Origin: Bispira polyomma
Lineage: Eukaryota
Direction of reading: 5' to 3'
Length of the DNA: 64,000 nucleotides
Assembly (NCBI GenBank): GCA_965649765.1
Contig: OZ287753.1
Coordinates: 70,184,001 to 70,248,000, forward strand
Positions 37,340 to 51,300 of this stretch are shown piece after piece (the first letter of the stretch is position 1; each line of letters starts with the position of its first letter). The notes beneath the pieces are model-generated. The model was not told the DNA's origin, searched no databases, and was given only the letters and a program-made list of their open reading frames with translations. The position numbers and the translations under genes were made by a program.

Positions 37340-40300
37340 AATATTTGGTGAAATATTAAATAAATGCCATACCTATTAGTTAAGCCACTAACTGGTTGAG
37401 TTATAAAGGTTTAAAGTACAAATATATCCCTAAATTAGGATCATAATTCGATAAATGCTTCTATACTATTTTGCTTGATTTAAATCTTCAAATAGGTTTC
37501 CTTGTTTTAAATAAAGAATACAAAAGACTAGATACTTCTGTTCCTTGGAAAACCAAAAATTTTTGGAGAAAACTAAAAGACAAGTACAAGGACATAATAA
37601 TGTTACCTTACTTGAACAAAAGGGTATATTAGAAGAGGTCAAAAACTTTCATAGAAATTTGTTTTGCAATGGAGATTCAAACTTAGCTGATTTTGACCTT
37701 GATTCACTGCTTTAAGATGCCAAGCGAAATAAACTAGATGAGAAACAAAAATTAGCCCTGGAGGGGAAATCACTTTGATTGAACTCTCGAAAACTCTTAT
37801 AAAAATGAAGAACCATAAGACACCAGGCATTGATGGCTTACCTGCCAAGTTTTTAAAAGTCTTTTAGTTTTATTTTATTTTTTTATTTTATTTGGCAAAG
37901 TCTGAATTATAGTTTTAAGACAGGAGAATTGTCACATTCTCTTAGACATTGTATAATAACTTCAAAAGGCGATAAACTGCAGCAGTTTTTGAAAAATTGG
38001 AGGCCAATATCGCTTCTTTGTGTCATACAAGCTTGCATCTGCGGCAGTTTTTGAAAATTGGAGGCCAATATTGCTTCTTTGTGTCATACAAGCTTGCATC
38101 TGCCTGCATAGCAAATAGAATAAAAAATATTGTCCACAATAATTTCAAATACCCAAACAGGATTTGTTAAGGGATAATTTATTGGGGAAAGTATTAGAAT
38201 AGTTTTCGATCTAATGCCCCATTGTGAAGTAAAAAAGAAAACTGGACTGTTGATGCTCATAGACTTTGAAAAGGCTTTTGACTCAATATCTTGGAATTTT
38301 ATGAATAACGTCCTTAAACTGTTCAATTTTGGTGGAGATATAATAAAATGGATCAATCTATTTAATTATAATTTTAGTGCAGCTATTATACAGTGTAGGT
38401 TGCTTTCAGAATTCTTTGAAATCCAGAGAGGATGTCGCCAAGGAGATCCAATCTGACCTTACCTTTTTATTATTTGTGCCGAGGTTCTGTGAAAATTAAT
38501 ACAAAATGACAATAATATTAAGGGTATATTTATTGACAAATATGAATAGAAGTTGACACAGACGGATCTAGGGCTTCCCTGTTGGCTGCTTTAAACAAAT
38601 TATAAGTATTTGGTTCCTTGTCTGGTTTGAAGATTAATACTGATAAAACAAAACTGATTTGGATTGAAAAAAAACAGAAATGTAAGGAAAAACTTGATAT
38701 TGGTAAAACTTTGTGTTGGGATACAAATACTTTTCAACTATTAGGATTTGAATTTTCTGTAGATTTGACTGATATTATATCTACAAATTTCACTGAATGT
38801 CTACATGAAATAGAAAAAAAAACTGATAAACTGGAAAAAAACGGAGTTTGACTCCACTGGGCAGGATTTTAATTGTCAAAACTTTTGTTCTAAGCAAGCT
38901 AAACCATCTATTTATGTCACTTCCAACTCCAGATTTTAAATTAATAGATAGAATAAATACCTTAATGTTCAACTTTGTATGGGATGATAAGCCTGACAAG
39001 GTTGGCAGAATTCAATGTACCCAATACTATAAGGGGCCGCGGTGGCCTAGTGGCTAGCAAGCATTGCGCTTCACAATAACTGGTCTCTCACCTCTGGGCG
39101 GCGTGAGTTTGAATCCCGACAATGCCTATGTGGGAAAGGTGGTAGTTCCTTACCGTGGGTTGCTGGTTTCAGTGCAGAACCTTGATCAACTGTATGCAAT
39201 GTTTCCTCCAGCGTTTCCAAATACCTGTCCCAATATAACCTAAACAGGGACGTTAAATATCCAAATTCAAATTCAAACCCAATACTATAAGTTTGGTGGT
39301 TCAAACAAGGAAAACTTACAAAATTATATCAAGACAATAAAAGCCACTTGGGTGAACAGAATAATTTTTGATTCAGGAGCAGACTGGGCAAAATTATTTG
39401 AAAGTTGTGTAACACATACTGATAACATATTTCAAATGGGTCTGCAACAACTTAAAAAAATAGTTGCAGAAGTAAAAAATCCATTTTGGAAAAATGTTCT
39501 CCATTCTTGGATCTCATTGTGTTACCTTCTGAACCCTAAAACCATTGAAGAAGGACTATCTAGTCCTCTCTGGTTTAACCAAAGAAAAACAAGTACTCCT
39601 CTATTCTTCCCACCTTGGTTTGAAAAGAATATAATTTACATAGGGGACATAGTGAACCTAGAATCAAGGAAGGTACTCAATTTTGAAGACATAAAATTGA
39701 AATTTGGCTTGATCAAAGCGAACTACCTGAAGTATTACAGAATTAAATCTTTGGTAAATAAGTATCTACCGACATTTAAAAATGACGTGGAAAGTCCCTA
39801 TCAAAGGCCAGTCTATCTGTCTCATATGAGAATTTTTTCCAAAAATAATAAGGGTAGTAGAGTTCCATATAAAGTTTTAATTGTTCGAAAAAAGTGTTCT
39901 GTAATGACAAATGGAAAACAGATTTGAATCTTAATATTGATATAGATAGTTGGAACTTTGCATATAGAACTTGTTTTAGAACTGTAATAGATAATCGTAT
40001 AATTTGGCTTCAATACCGTATCCTAACACGTCGTCTTGGAGTTCGATGTTTTCTGAAACAAATCAATATCTCGGCGAGCGCAATGTGTAGACTATGTAAC
40101 TTAGAAGAAGAATCAATTATCCACTTGTTTGTGAGATGTAATGTGTCAAATGAAATATGGAAACAGATAACAAGCTGGATTTTAAATGTTTTGAACATAA
40201 AAATTACTTTTACCAACTACTTTATTATATTGGGCTATCCTTATTTCGATCAAAACTTTACACCAGTTAACACAATGATACTTGTGACAAAATATTACCT

Positions 40301-40645
40301 TTTCCAATTTGCTCAATTAAATAAAAAAAATGTATTTTCATGTTATACAAAATGTAACTAAACGAATATACAAAGAGCAGAAAATGCTTGCAAAGATACA
40401 ATCCAATTTTGATCATTTCAGTAAAGTATGGAACAGATGGAAAATAATAATGGAACAATAAAATTGTCAGTATAGAAGTATTTTTGTTTTGTGAGTATCA
40501 GTAATTAAATGTGTTGTGATAGTAAACTACAAGTTACGTTAATTAAGTTGATTGTAACAGGTCAGAGTAGCCTTTAATCCCTTTTCCTACACTGTGCCTG
40601 CAGAATTATTGATAAAAGGCCAATCCCCCCTCAAAAAAAAAAATT
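37340..40645 (+). mobile_element. 5'-truncated decayed L1/Tx1 LINE ORF2 with poly(A)
   Basis: KTPGIDGL, NWRPISLL, LIDFEKAFDSISW, RGCRQGDP, SGLKIN, C-terminal CRLC...ESIIHLFVRC; A-tail at 40634-40643. Confidence 0.88.
39034..39276 (+). mobile_element. tRNA-derived SINE, same family as 19660-19922, inserted in the L1
   Basis: Collinear with the 19660 copy; perfect 15-bp TSD acccaatactataag (39019-39033 / 39277-39291). Confidence 0.92.
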
Positions 40646-41112
40646 ATAAAGAAACGAACACAAAAGACTCTTTCTTTTAGGAAATAGTAACTGAAATATT
40701 TTTGCAAAATAAGCCCAGTTTTTTATTTTAATTGAAAAAATAATTCATTTAAAATAATGCTGAAGTTTTCCTTTTCTCGTCATGTACAGTACTCCAGTAT
40801 TAATTTCTTGTTTTGTGTTAATTGTGTCACGTTTGTGAAGCATGTACTTACGAATATTAACCATTTTTGTCCCAATTTATACACACTGTCATATGTATTA
40901 TATATCCCAAAACATATATTAAAATGAACCATAAAATATATAAATTATCATATAATTAAAGTATATGTTGTTGTTTTTTTTATTTCTACTCATAAAAATG
41001 TAAATATGTTATCCATAAATCGAGTTTAAGGTACAAAAATTAAAGTTGAGCAGTTTGTGAGTGGCTCCAACACACGTAGCGTGGTTATCAGCAATCAATT
41101 TTGTGTTTATAT

Positions 41113-42920
41113 TAAAGCCCCAGTCACACAGCCCTCACAACCGTTTAAAGAGCTGCTTCGACCTAAATATTAAGACGGTTGCTGGAAGTCTTTTGTAATA
41201 TTTAAACTCTCTTGTGTTCGATCTGTGAAGGTTGCTTGAGATTCTGCTAGATCCTTGTTGATCCTGAAAAGGTTCCGCACGTAGAGAGGTTACTTGACTT
41301 ACAAGTGATTTCTCTCTCCACCACATGGTTGCTGGAGGTCTTTGTTTGATCTCCCACTGATCTGCGATAGATTCCTTAGAAATTGCCACCTCTGTACCAC
41401 AACTCTTCACAGGTTTTTGTTTGTCTTTAACTGGTCTTTGATATTTTTAATCGGCAACCTATCTTAGATCTGTCTCTGACCAGTCTAAAGATTAGTTGTC
41501 GATCTAAAAATCAATATTTGGTGAGACGGCGACCAACCCCTCGGTTGAGCAAACAATGCCTGAGCAATCTCATCACCTGTCAGCATGTCTAGCATCAAAA
41601 GAAAATCCCCGACGGTTATTCACTGATCTCTATTTAGTCTCCAACCAGTCTGCAACCAATCTTGAGTGGTCTCACCACCTATCACCACCTATCGCCAACC
41701 AATTTAATTATCGGAGAACGCTCTTCTTTTTTTTTTAAAATACACTCCCACAGGATGCCAACCAATCAAAAACCTTTCGCAGATCTACTAAAAATTTAAA
41801 AAAGACTGGTCGGTGATAGATTTTACAGGGTATAAAAAGGTGGTCTTTGATATTTAGCGATCAGTTTCAATGAGGTCTTTGGTTTACGCGGACGTTTCTA
41901 AGACTGGATATTACTGGATTTTAGTGCTTCAAATGTTTTAAAACTTCAATTTATATATAATAATGGCTCCTAAACTTATTACAAAGATTGGCAAGAGGAA
42001 GGGGAAGAAGAAGGGGACACTGAGGATGTTCTTCTGTCTCAGACAGCCATGTTTCAGGAAAAAACTGCGTTGGCTGGGGCTGTGATAACCATTCGGTATC
42101 ACATCTGAGGGTACTGCTACCACTGTACTAGAAGGTGTACCAGGCACAGTCACACCTAAGGGAGTAGCCACCACTTTCATCACTCCAGACACAGAGGCAA
42201 TTGCCTCTCGAAGTGTGGACCCTGACTCTCACCAAGGCCTGGATGATGATGAGGAGGATGATTATGAGGAGGCCAGCAAGAAGGTAAAGGTGACCGACCA
42301 AGTGTCAGAGGAGCTGGAGGAGGAGTTGATGGACTTCTTTGAAGCGCAGCCCATGTTCTATGACCAGCCGTTCCGGGACTTCAAGAACAGGGCCAAGAAG
42401 TCCCGGGTGCTGGCCAAACTGGGAGACATTCTGGGGCTCACTGGTAAGTTACATTAATATCTAATAAAATTGTAACTGCATGCATTTCAGGTTTACATTG
42501 GGGTTAGATTGGCCAGTTATGTCATTTTTAGAAACTTGTCGAATGTTGTGTAATTATTTAATTCAGGTCAAGATTACAATATTAAATTACTGTCAGTAAA
42601 GTTTTTTCATATAATGTTCTTTTTGAGGTTGTTGCTAGTAATAAGTTACATTAATATCTAATTACAACTGTAACTGTATGTGTTTTAGGTTAACAGTAGG
42701 CTTGGGTTGACCAGTTATCTCATATTACCAGTTATTGTGTATCAAAACATTTTGTTTATAGGCCAGAGCTATTGCTGTGACTGGGTTTATTGTGTACTTA
42801 CCCAAATACTTTTTCAATAGGTGACCGAATCAACACATGGTTCAAGTCCATGCAGACTATATATGACAAGCTCAAGAAAAAGACCAAGTCCGGCCAGGCA
42901 ACCAAGGCTCAAACTGCATT
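41113..42920 (+). mobile_element. Truncated Harbinger element with an intron-containing MADF (Myb/SANT-like) ORF
   Basis: Left end taaagccccagtcacac. Exon ...LMDFFEAQPMFYDQPFRDFKNRAKKSRVLAKLGDILGLT|gtaagt and exon (from 42821) DRINTWFKSMQTIYDKLKKKTKSGQ. No transposase or right TIR seen. Confidence 0.7.
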
Positions 42921-44449
42921 TGGTGGCCCGTTCGGAGAGTCGTAGGCTTAATTAACAGATGTAAAAATCACATAACAACATAAAGTCACTGTCACCTAAA
43001 GCATGTCTCTCTGCCATGGTGCAGCACCAACTGATAAATTTCACGGTGGTTTTTAATTTTCGTTAGACAATTCAATGGTACCACCAAGTATAGGTCCATA
43101 AATAAACAACACAATGTATTGTTACAAGTCGACGCTTGTTTGTCCAGCATAGGTGGTATTTCAGATGACAGAGTATTAAAGACGGCCTTGCTTTTATTTA
43201 TGACTCACGCTTGGTCGATTGTTCATTTTGAAATGGTTAGTATTCTTATTGCCCTCAAACTATAGGGTCACGATTGGAAAAACTGAAAAATTTAAATTCA
43301 GTCATATAATATAGCCATGGTGGCTGTCGTGCAGTCTTTTAAAAAAAAGATGATTATTTAAATTTGTGCAAATCTTGCAAATTTGTGCAGCAGATAACAT
43401 TGACTTAATCATTAGTCACATACCGGGAAGAGAACAGCTTCACAATGCATGACATACCTGACTTCTTTACACTGGAGAGTTATATTTAATTTCAGACGCC
43501 TCACTTTCAGCTGATTCACTGATACAAGGGGCACTGCCACAACCAGTTCAGTCTGTTCTTAAGCTTCATAGTGTACTAAAATAGACTTTCAGTTTTAGCA
43601 GCTTTATAGATTTCCTTGAATTTTTGATACTGACAGGAGTTTTACACAAAGTCATTGCCAATTACCTCTCAGCTTTAAGGAATAACACCAAGGTGTCAAA
43701 ATCTCACAAATCCATGGCTCTGCCCTGTCAGAGCAGTTCAATCCTTATTTAAGAAGTATCGTCTATGATCAATGGATCCTCTTTTCACAAACTTTCTAGA
43801 CAGAGGCAATTGCCTGTCGGATTTAAAACTATAAGATACTCTTAAGAACATACTTATACAACTTACCATATCACTAGAAGGTCACTCCTTTCACTACTTT
43901 CTGGAGCCTCTTAAGCCTTCAATTCCAATATAAAACTCCAGCACATACAGGAACATGGTTGCTGGAAATCAGATGCTGTTTGGTCCTACATTTAAGCTAC
44001 ATCCCATGCAGCTTCAATCATCTCCTTTACTTTTTGCTCTATTGTCTCTTTTACTCTCTAATTTGGCTTTAGCATTTTTTTAAGTACCTATAAAATTGTA
44101 TTGTATAGCTGTAAACAGAGACATGCAATTAGTAATCAAATATTCCCAAACAGCATCTAATTTATCACCTCCAACTTACTATCACTTAACCTTTAAAGTC
44201 AGATTCATCTACCTGCAAGGTCAAACTGCAATGTCACACACACACTGATTAAGGCGACTGAGGGTATAGAGTATCGATTACATTTTCCTGTGAATTTAAA
44301 AATATTAATAAAAGCTTTCTGATGCGAGAAAAAAACAGGTGGAACAAATTAAACCTAAAAATTACCCCTGGGAGTAATTCGTAATCGATTTTTACTTATC
44401 AGAGTAGAGTCTAAGCCCTTCTAGAATGAAGTCAGTCCTCATAGAATCT

Positions 44450-44740
44450 ACTCCCTCCATTTTTTAAGTTACTTGTATATTCAAGTTAATAAGTCGTATA
44501 TTCAAGTTACCTAACTTGTATATTTACCTTACTTAACGTGTATATTCAATTTGCTGAACTGATAATTCAGGTTCATAACTTGAATATATGATTTAGTAAT
44601 TGCGACATACATTTTAGTTAACTTGAATATTGAAGTTACCAACTGGTATATTCAAGTTAGTAATTTAAGTATACAAGTTAATTATATTTAAAAAATTTAG
44701 AATAATAAAAAATATACATTGGCAGCTCTATGCTTCCGTA
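44450..44740. repeat. Low-complexity repeat-bearing element (tatattcaagtt units in both orientations)
   Basis: Multiple tatattcaagtt / aacttgaatat units. Confidence 0.5.
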
Positions 44741-45927
44741 ATAGAGCATTAAAAATTGTGTTTAATATTCTATTATGTTGTTTAATGCTCATATTTTATG
44801 TTAACCGCACTTTTGATCAACTTTCTATCTGACATATTGCATAAAATTAATAATAAAAACCTTTAAATTTTCTGTAACTACTACATTCCAACGGGCGCCC
44901 GTCTGTATTACCTTGTCTGTAATACATACCAAATAGCTGTATTTCACGGCCAAGTGGACAATAAATTACTTGACCAAAAGATTGGTACAGATCCTCATCA
45001 GGATAAGTAGACGCATTCTGACTCACTTTATTGTACATCTTTTTTAATTCATTGCAGACGGATGTCGTCTTCTGTCAATGTATTTTATATTACCTTATGA
45101 TGAATTTCCAATATCAGGCGGCTTTGTGAGACCTCACTGTGTTGTTGTGCCTAAGGGGCTTTACAGACCAACCATGACAGGACACTACGCTACACCACAC
45201 TGCACGACACTGCAATTTGACTTGGAGAAATTTAAAAAAAAAGTTGTGCTGAGTCGTTGGCGGTCTGTAAAGCCTTTAAGTCTGAAACACGTAGCTGATG
45301 TACAGATATGATAACTGGTTTCATTAAAGGGGTATCCAGTAGAGCACATTCCCCGCCAAGGTGCCAAAAAGTTAAATAATTCTTGCATTCACTTCTGATT
45401 CAAACTGATTCTCCCTAGTCCTACCTTTGTGTCCATTCAATTTACTAAATTTGGAATATGTCGATTCAGTTGAATTGTCTCTCTCTAGATCTGAAATGAT
45501 ACTCCCTGGTGACGAACAAACAAACAAACAGATATGGTAAAAACATAAGACAAAGGTACTAATGTAATAAACATATTCATGGAGTGTCTGTCTTTGGGTT
45601 AATTTTCCATTAGACCTTTCATAAACATATGTTCATCAATTGAGATATAATTTATTACTTATGACAGACTCCATTCTATAAAAAGTAACATATGTCCACA
45701 AAGAAACAATTCGCAATGTATGCCATAGACAGATAACGAATTAGTTCTACATTTGGTCAAAATCAAAACATATGCATTGCTTTTAGATCTACAGACAAAA
45801 AGGCATTAATTTGTATTGATGATTTATGACATTAATAGTTCAAGAAACAATCATTAAAGTACAGGCATAAGAACTTCGATACAGGCAAATGTTTCTTTTA
45901 CGTATTTATAAACACCAAAACACCACC

Positions 45928-46073
45928 GTCAAAGGTTTTAGGTCCCGTTCAACAGCCAGGTTCATATTAGGACGAGGCCCACAGCATTTGTTACTTGTGT
46001 GGGAGGCGAACCCACACAGGTGACAGCCTGTGATTAGATGCAAACTTGCTAACCACTCGGCCACTGAGGACCT
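45928..46073 (-). mobile_element. tRNA-derived SINE, second family
   Basis: Minus strand ggtcctcagtggccgagtggttagc A box and gggttcgcctccc B box. Confidence 0.7.
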
Positions 46074-48157
46074 TAACACCACCTTCTGTGATTGATTTAG
46101 AGGCTTGAAGTAAATAGTACCACAGCAAAAATGTGATTTTGATTAATGTTAATAGATTACAGGAAGCATTTCAGAAAACAAAGCTCATCAGCTTGTTTAT
46201 ACCTTGGAAAAAAATAAATTAACTTTAGACAAAGACACTTATTTCCAAAAAAACAATCATTAAAGAACAGACATTTACAAGAACATGTCTGTACAATACG
46301 ACTAAATGTTCGTTTTAATATGGCCTTTTTATAATATATGTTTCTTCCAAATTTGTGTGAAACACCAACACATCACCTTATGTGATGATTTTAGTCTAGG
46401 AATAAAAAGTACTGATGTATATATATCAATTTTTTTCAATAGATAAATAGAAACATTTCAGAAAAAAACCCTATTAACTTGATATATATCTTTGGAAAAA
46501 TAATATTTAGTTTCAAAGTGGGCATTATTTATTCTTAATCTCAACTTTTCACTTGAACACTTTTCATGTGTCTCTGTACTGTGAATTGCATATCAAAAGG
46601 TAAAATGTGTACAATGTTTGGAGTGAAATTCACCTTTCAGTGGTGATTTGTTTAATGGCTGAATAAAGATATCACCTCAAAATAGTATTATACTACTGTA
46701 GTTGTTGACTGGATGTAGAGGTGATCTGAGATACGAGGCTTTCTCTTTATCACATATTTCCCCTCACACGTATCCCTTGGTAGCCTTTTCAAAACTCCAG
46801 TTTTCTAACAAATTATATAGTATTAAGAAGTTTTTTTTTTCTTTTTAATTGCACACCTTAACACTCTTTCACTGGAGCTGAAAAGTACACTATTCTTGAC
46901 AAGAAAGGTGTTCTGTGTTATTTACATAGAGTGACCTTGAAATTTTAGTGTCAACGAATTTCTCATGTCAACGAATTTTATCAGATGTAGGTGTCAAACT
47001 CCTGACTAACATGTGAATTCTTTAGTATATATGTTAGCTGTAGTGATTTTGACCTTTCTAGTGTCATAAGGTCAAGTTTATTATACTGGGGGTTTTGGAA
47101 GCGGACAAGGTCTGATGCTAGTTTGGGATATATTTATTTACAACTTCACAAGAAAGTTTAATGACTAACTTATTCATGACCAGGAGGAGACCAGGCTAAC
47201 TGCCCTGTTCTACGCATACAAGTGATCAACACACACAAAACCTTCACTTTTACCATAAATGTCAATAAATTAGATGATTTTAAAGTTACCATAATTTGTG
47301 ATATATTTAGGTCAACTAAATATAGATTTTAGCTTTAGCTGGATAATTTCCATGACAGTTCATTGTTACGGTCACGGGAGCAAGCGCGGTAGCAATTACC
47401 GGTTGCTTTGAGGTTGTAACAGGAAAAGACAAAAAGTTTCACTTAACAAATTTATTTAACAAATAAAATAACAATTATAGAATTACAGAATTACAGTCAA
47501 CTGAGATACCCTTTATAGTTCACACAATAATACAATAATGAAATCAATCTGACCTGACCACAGTCCTGTCCTCTTAAATAACAATTAAACAAGTTTGTCC
47601 ACTGTATCCAGCAATCTGTCTTGAGATCCGCTCACTGTCCACACAATGCCTGTATCCTGTTATCTGTCCAGTGTCCACGAACACAAAATGTATATATCCA
47701 GAGAGTCTGCACAACTAAGCTATCTAGTCCAGGATGCAAACAATATCCAATTTACAGCAAATCCAATCTCTGGTAGATCCACAACTTTATATCCAGTTCA
47801 CTCCGATGAGTTCACCACAAAATGTATATAACAAACAGTTTATATCCACAGGAGAAGAAATAAAATGCCTCACAGCACAGCAGCTCACATAGCAGTTCAT
47901 ATAGCACCTCAGCCCAATCAACTCTGGTCTGTGGCCAGGCTGTCAACCCTTATATATACAACTGCTAGACAAGGCTCTAGAATATGTAAACAATCGATAG
48001 GACATTCCAGAGATGAGATATACATATGAATACAACTTTAATGACCTTCAGAAACAAAATAGAACCGGCTTCTAGAAGCTTAGGGGTTTCCCCAATTCTA
48101 TAAATAGATCACTCTAGCAGAGTGCTTTAACATGCCACAATGTCCTTATATGTAACA

Positions 48158-48170
48158 CCTCCCCCCTTAA
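48158..48170 (-). promoter_or_regulatory. Polypurine tract
   Basis: Purine run (aagg...ggagg on the minus strand) directly abutting the 3' LTR. Confidence 0.88.
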
Positions 48171-48355
48171 AGCAAAATTTTGGAAGCCGAGGGGTTACAA
48201 AATTTCATATTACACAAAACATAAGTGAATATACAGTGTACATATGTAATAACATTCTATGGAACATTATATTTTGAGTTACACAAGTAATATCCATAAG
48301 TAAACATCTAAGTTTTACAACTTTACTTTTCAGTTACTAGCATACAAAATAACCT

Positions 48356-51300
48356 TTAACTACAACTTCTTGATAGAGCATCAACACAAATGTTATCCTT
48401 TCCTTTAACATGCTCTATTTGTAAACTGTATTCTTGCAAAACCAAACTCCAATTCAATAAACGTCTGTTTTTGTTTTTCATTTTGTGCAAGAATACTAAA
48501 GGGTTGTGATCTGTGTACACAATAGTTGGTTTTGATGATGAAGAGATATATATATCAAAGTGTTTAATGGCTAAAATGAGGGCTAAACATTCCTTTTCTA
48601 TTGTAGAGTAATTCTTTTGATGTACGTTAAATTTTTTTGAAAAATAACAAATGGGATGTTCAATATCTTCATCATCAGTCTGCAGTAAAACTGCACCTGC
48701 CCCAACATCACTGGCATCCACAGCTAACCGAAATGGTCTACTGAAGTCTGGAGCAGCTAGTACAGGCTCCGGACAGAGAACATTTTTTACTTTGTCAAAT
48801 GCTTTTTGACAAGCTTCAGACCAGTGATATTTTACGTTTTTTTTTAAGAGCTCAGTCAGTGGAGCAGTGACATCTGAGAAATTTTTACAAAATTTTCTAT
48901 AATAACCTGACATTCCCAGGAACCTCATTAAACTTTTCTTATTTTTAGGAATAGGGTAGTCAATAATGTTTTCAACTTTTACTTTAATTGGTGTCACAAC
49001 TCCATGACCCACTACATGCCCTAAGTAAACAACCTTTGCTTTTACAAAGTCACTTTTCGATAAATTCACAGTAAGGTTGGCTTGCTTGAACTGAAATAGA
49101 ACTTGTTCAAGTCTTTTTAAATGTTCTTCCCAAGTATCACTAAAGATGACAATATCATCCACATACACTTCAACCCCTTCTAAGTTCTTTAGACAAATAT
49201 TCATAAGTCTCTGAAATGTAGCTTGGGAATTTTTCATGCCAAATGGCATTACTTTGTATTGATACAGACCATCGGGAGTTACAAATGCTGATATTTCTTT
49301 TGCCCGTTCAGTAAGAGGTACACACCAGTAACCTTTCAATAAGTCACACTTTGTGATATATTTGGCTTTACCAATCCGATCAATACAGTCTTCCATTCTT
49401 GGGATAGGAAATGAATCGGTTTTACTCAAAACATTAACCTTTCTATAGTCTGTGCAATATCTGATAGAACCATCAGGCTTCGGGACCAAAACACAAGGAG
49501 ATGCCCAACTACTTTGACTTGGTTCAATTATATCTTTGTCCAACATGTATTGCACTTCTTTTCTTAATTTTTCAAGTTTAATCGGGTTTACACGATATGG
49601 GTGATGTTTGACCGGAATGGCATTGCCAACATCAACATCATGCATGAGTACATTGGTCCTGTTAGGGGCATCAGGAAATACTGACTTATACTTCAAGAGT
49701 AACTCACTAAGTGGGATTCTCTTATCTGGAGTTACATGATTCAGTTTGGTTTCCAAATCAGCAAGAATCTCTGAATTACTCAACCTGATTTTACATTTAA
49801 CTTCAACATCAGGAGTGTCACCCCATGCTTCATGCTCCTGATTGTTATCATTTTCCACATTACAGTCAGTAGCCATGACAGGCTTTGTCACACCCCTTTC
49901 AAAGTATGGTTTTACCATATTTACATGACACAGTTGGGTTGACTTCCTTCTGTCCGGGGTTTCAATGACATAATCCAGATCACCTACTCTTTTTAACACT
50001 TTGTATGGCCCATGATATCTGGCCTGTAACGTGTTCCCCTGGACAGGTAATAGCACTAAAACCTTGTCTCCCGGTTTAAAAACACGGTTTTGCGACTTTC
50101 TATCATAAAGCCTTTTCATTTTTGACTGAGAATATTTCAGATTTTGTTGCGCTAGCTCACAAGCCTTTTTCAGCCTACTCCTAAACTTTGAAACATAATC
50201 TAACAGGTTTAGGCTCTCAGAGTTCTCGGATAACCAATTTTCTTTCAACAATTTGAGAGGACCACGGACTGAATGACCAAACACCAACTCAAAGGGACTA
50301 AAGCCTAAAGACTCTTGCACTGATTCCCTAACTGCAAACAATAATAAGTTGATGCCTTCATCCCAGTTTTTCTCATTGTCTAAGCAATATGTCCTAATCA
50401 TATTTTTTAAAGTGGAATGGAACCTTTCAAGGGCATCTTGTGATTCTGGGTGATAAGCACTAGATTTGATCTGTTTGGCACCTAACTGAAACACGACTTG
50501 CTGAAATAATCCTGACATAAAATTTGATCCTTGATCTGACTGGATCTCCTTCGGTAAGCCAACTAAAGTAAAGAAATTGATTAAAGCTTTCGAAATTTTC
50601 GGGGCTGTTATGTTGGTCAAAGGTATGGCTTCAGGGAATCTGGTTGAGGCACATATAATGGTTAGGAGATATTGGTTTCTGGATTTAGTCTTTGGTAAGG
50701 GGCCTACACAATCAATTATCACCTTGCTGAATGGTTCCTCAAATGCTGGAATGGGTTTTAGAGGAGCTACAGGAATCTTTTGGTTTGGTTTCCCCACAAC
50801 TTGACAAATGTGACAAGTTTTACAAAATTCTGCCACACAGCGCCGGATTTGAGGCCAGTAGAAATGCTTGGTTATTTTGCCATAGGTTTTATTGATGCCT
50901 AAATGGCCACCCATTGGAGACTCATGAGCTAACCTCAATACATCATTTTGGTACATTTTTGGTAATACAATCTGATGAAGTATTGACCAATTCTCAGAGG
51001 TAGGGACACTTGGCGGCCTCCACTTTCGCATAAGTACACCATTTCTGATATAATAGCCTACTGGGACCTTATCTAGCTCTACTGGTGGTAACACCAATTT
51101 GAATAGAGGGGCTAATTCAGGGTCATTTTCCTGCTCTACAATCAATTTTGATTTTGAGAGTGATACCTCTGGATCATCAAATTGGTCTTGTTTCTCAGAA
51201 TCTTTCCTACCTTTAGGGTCAATATCACTATGATTTTGCACATCATGGTCACAGTTGTTTAAGAATGTATCTGATAAATCAACTAAGACATCTGTAGATT

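Noticed and set aside
43400-44100. Possible decayed minus-strand coding remnant
   Set aside because: No recognisable motif or sustained frame could be read.
47646-47831. Small ORF repeated at 53819-54004
   Set aside because: Incidental ORF within the two LTRs; no recognisable domain.
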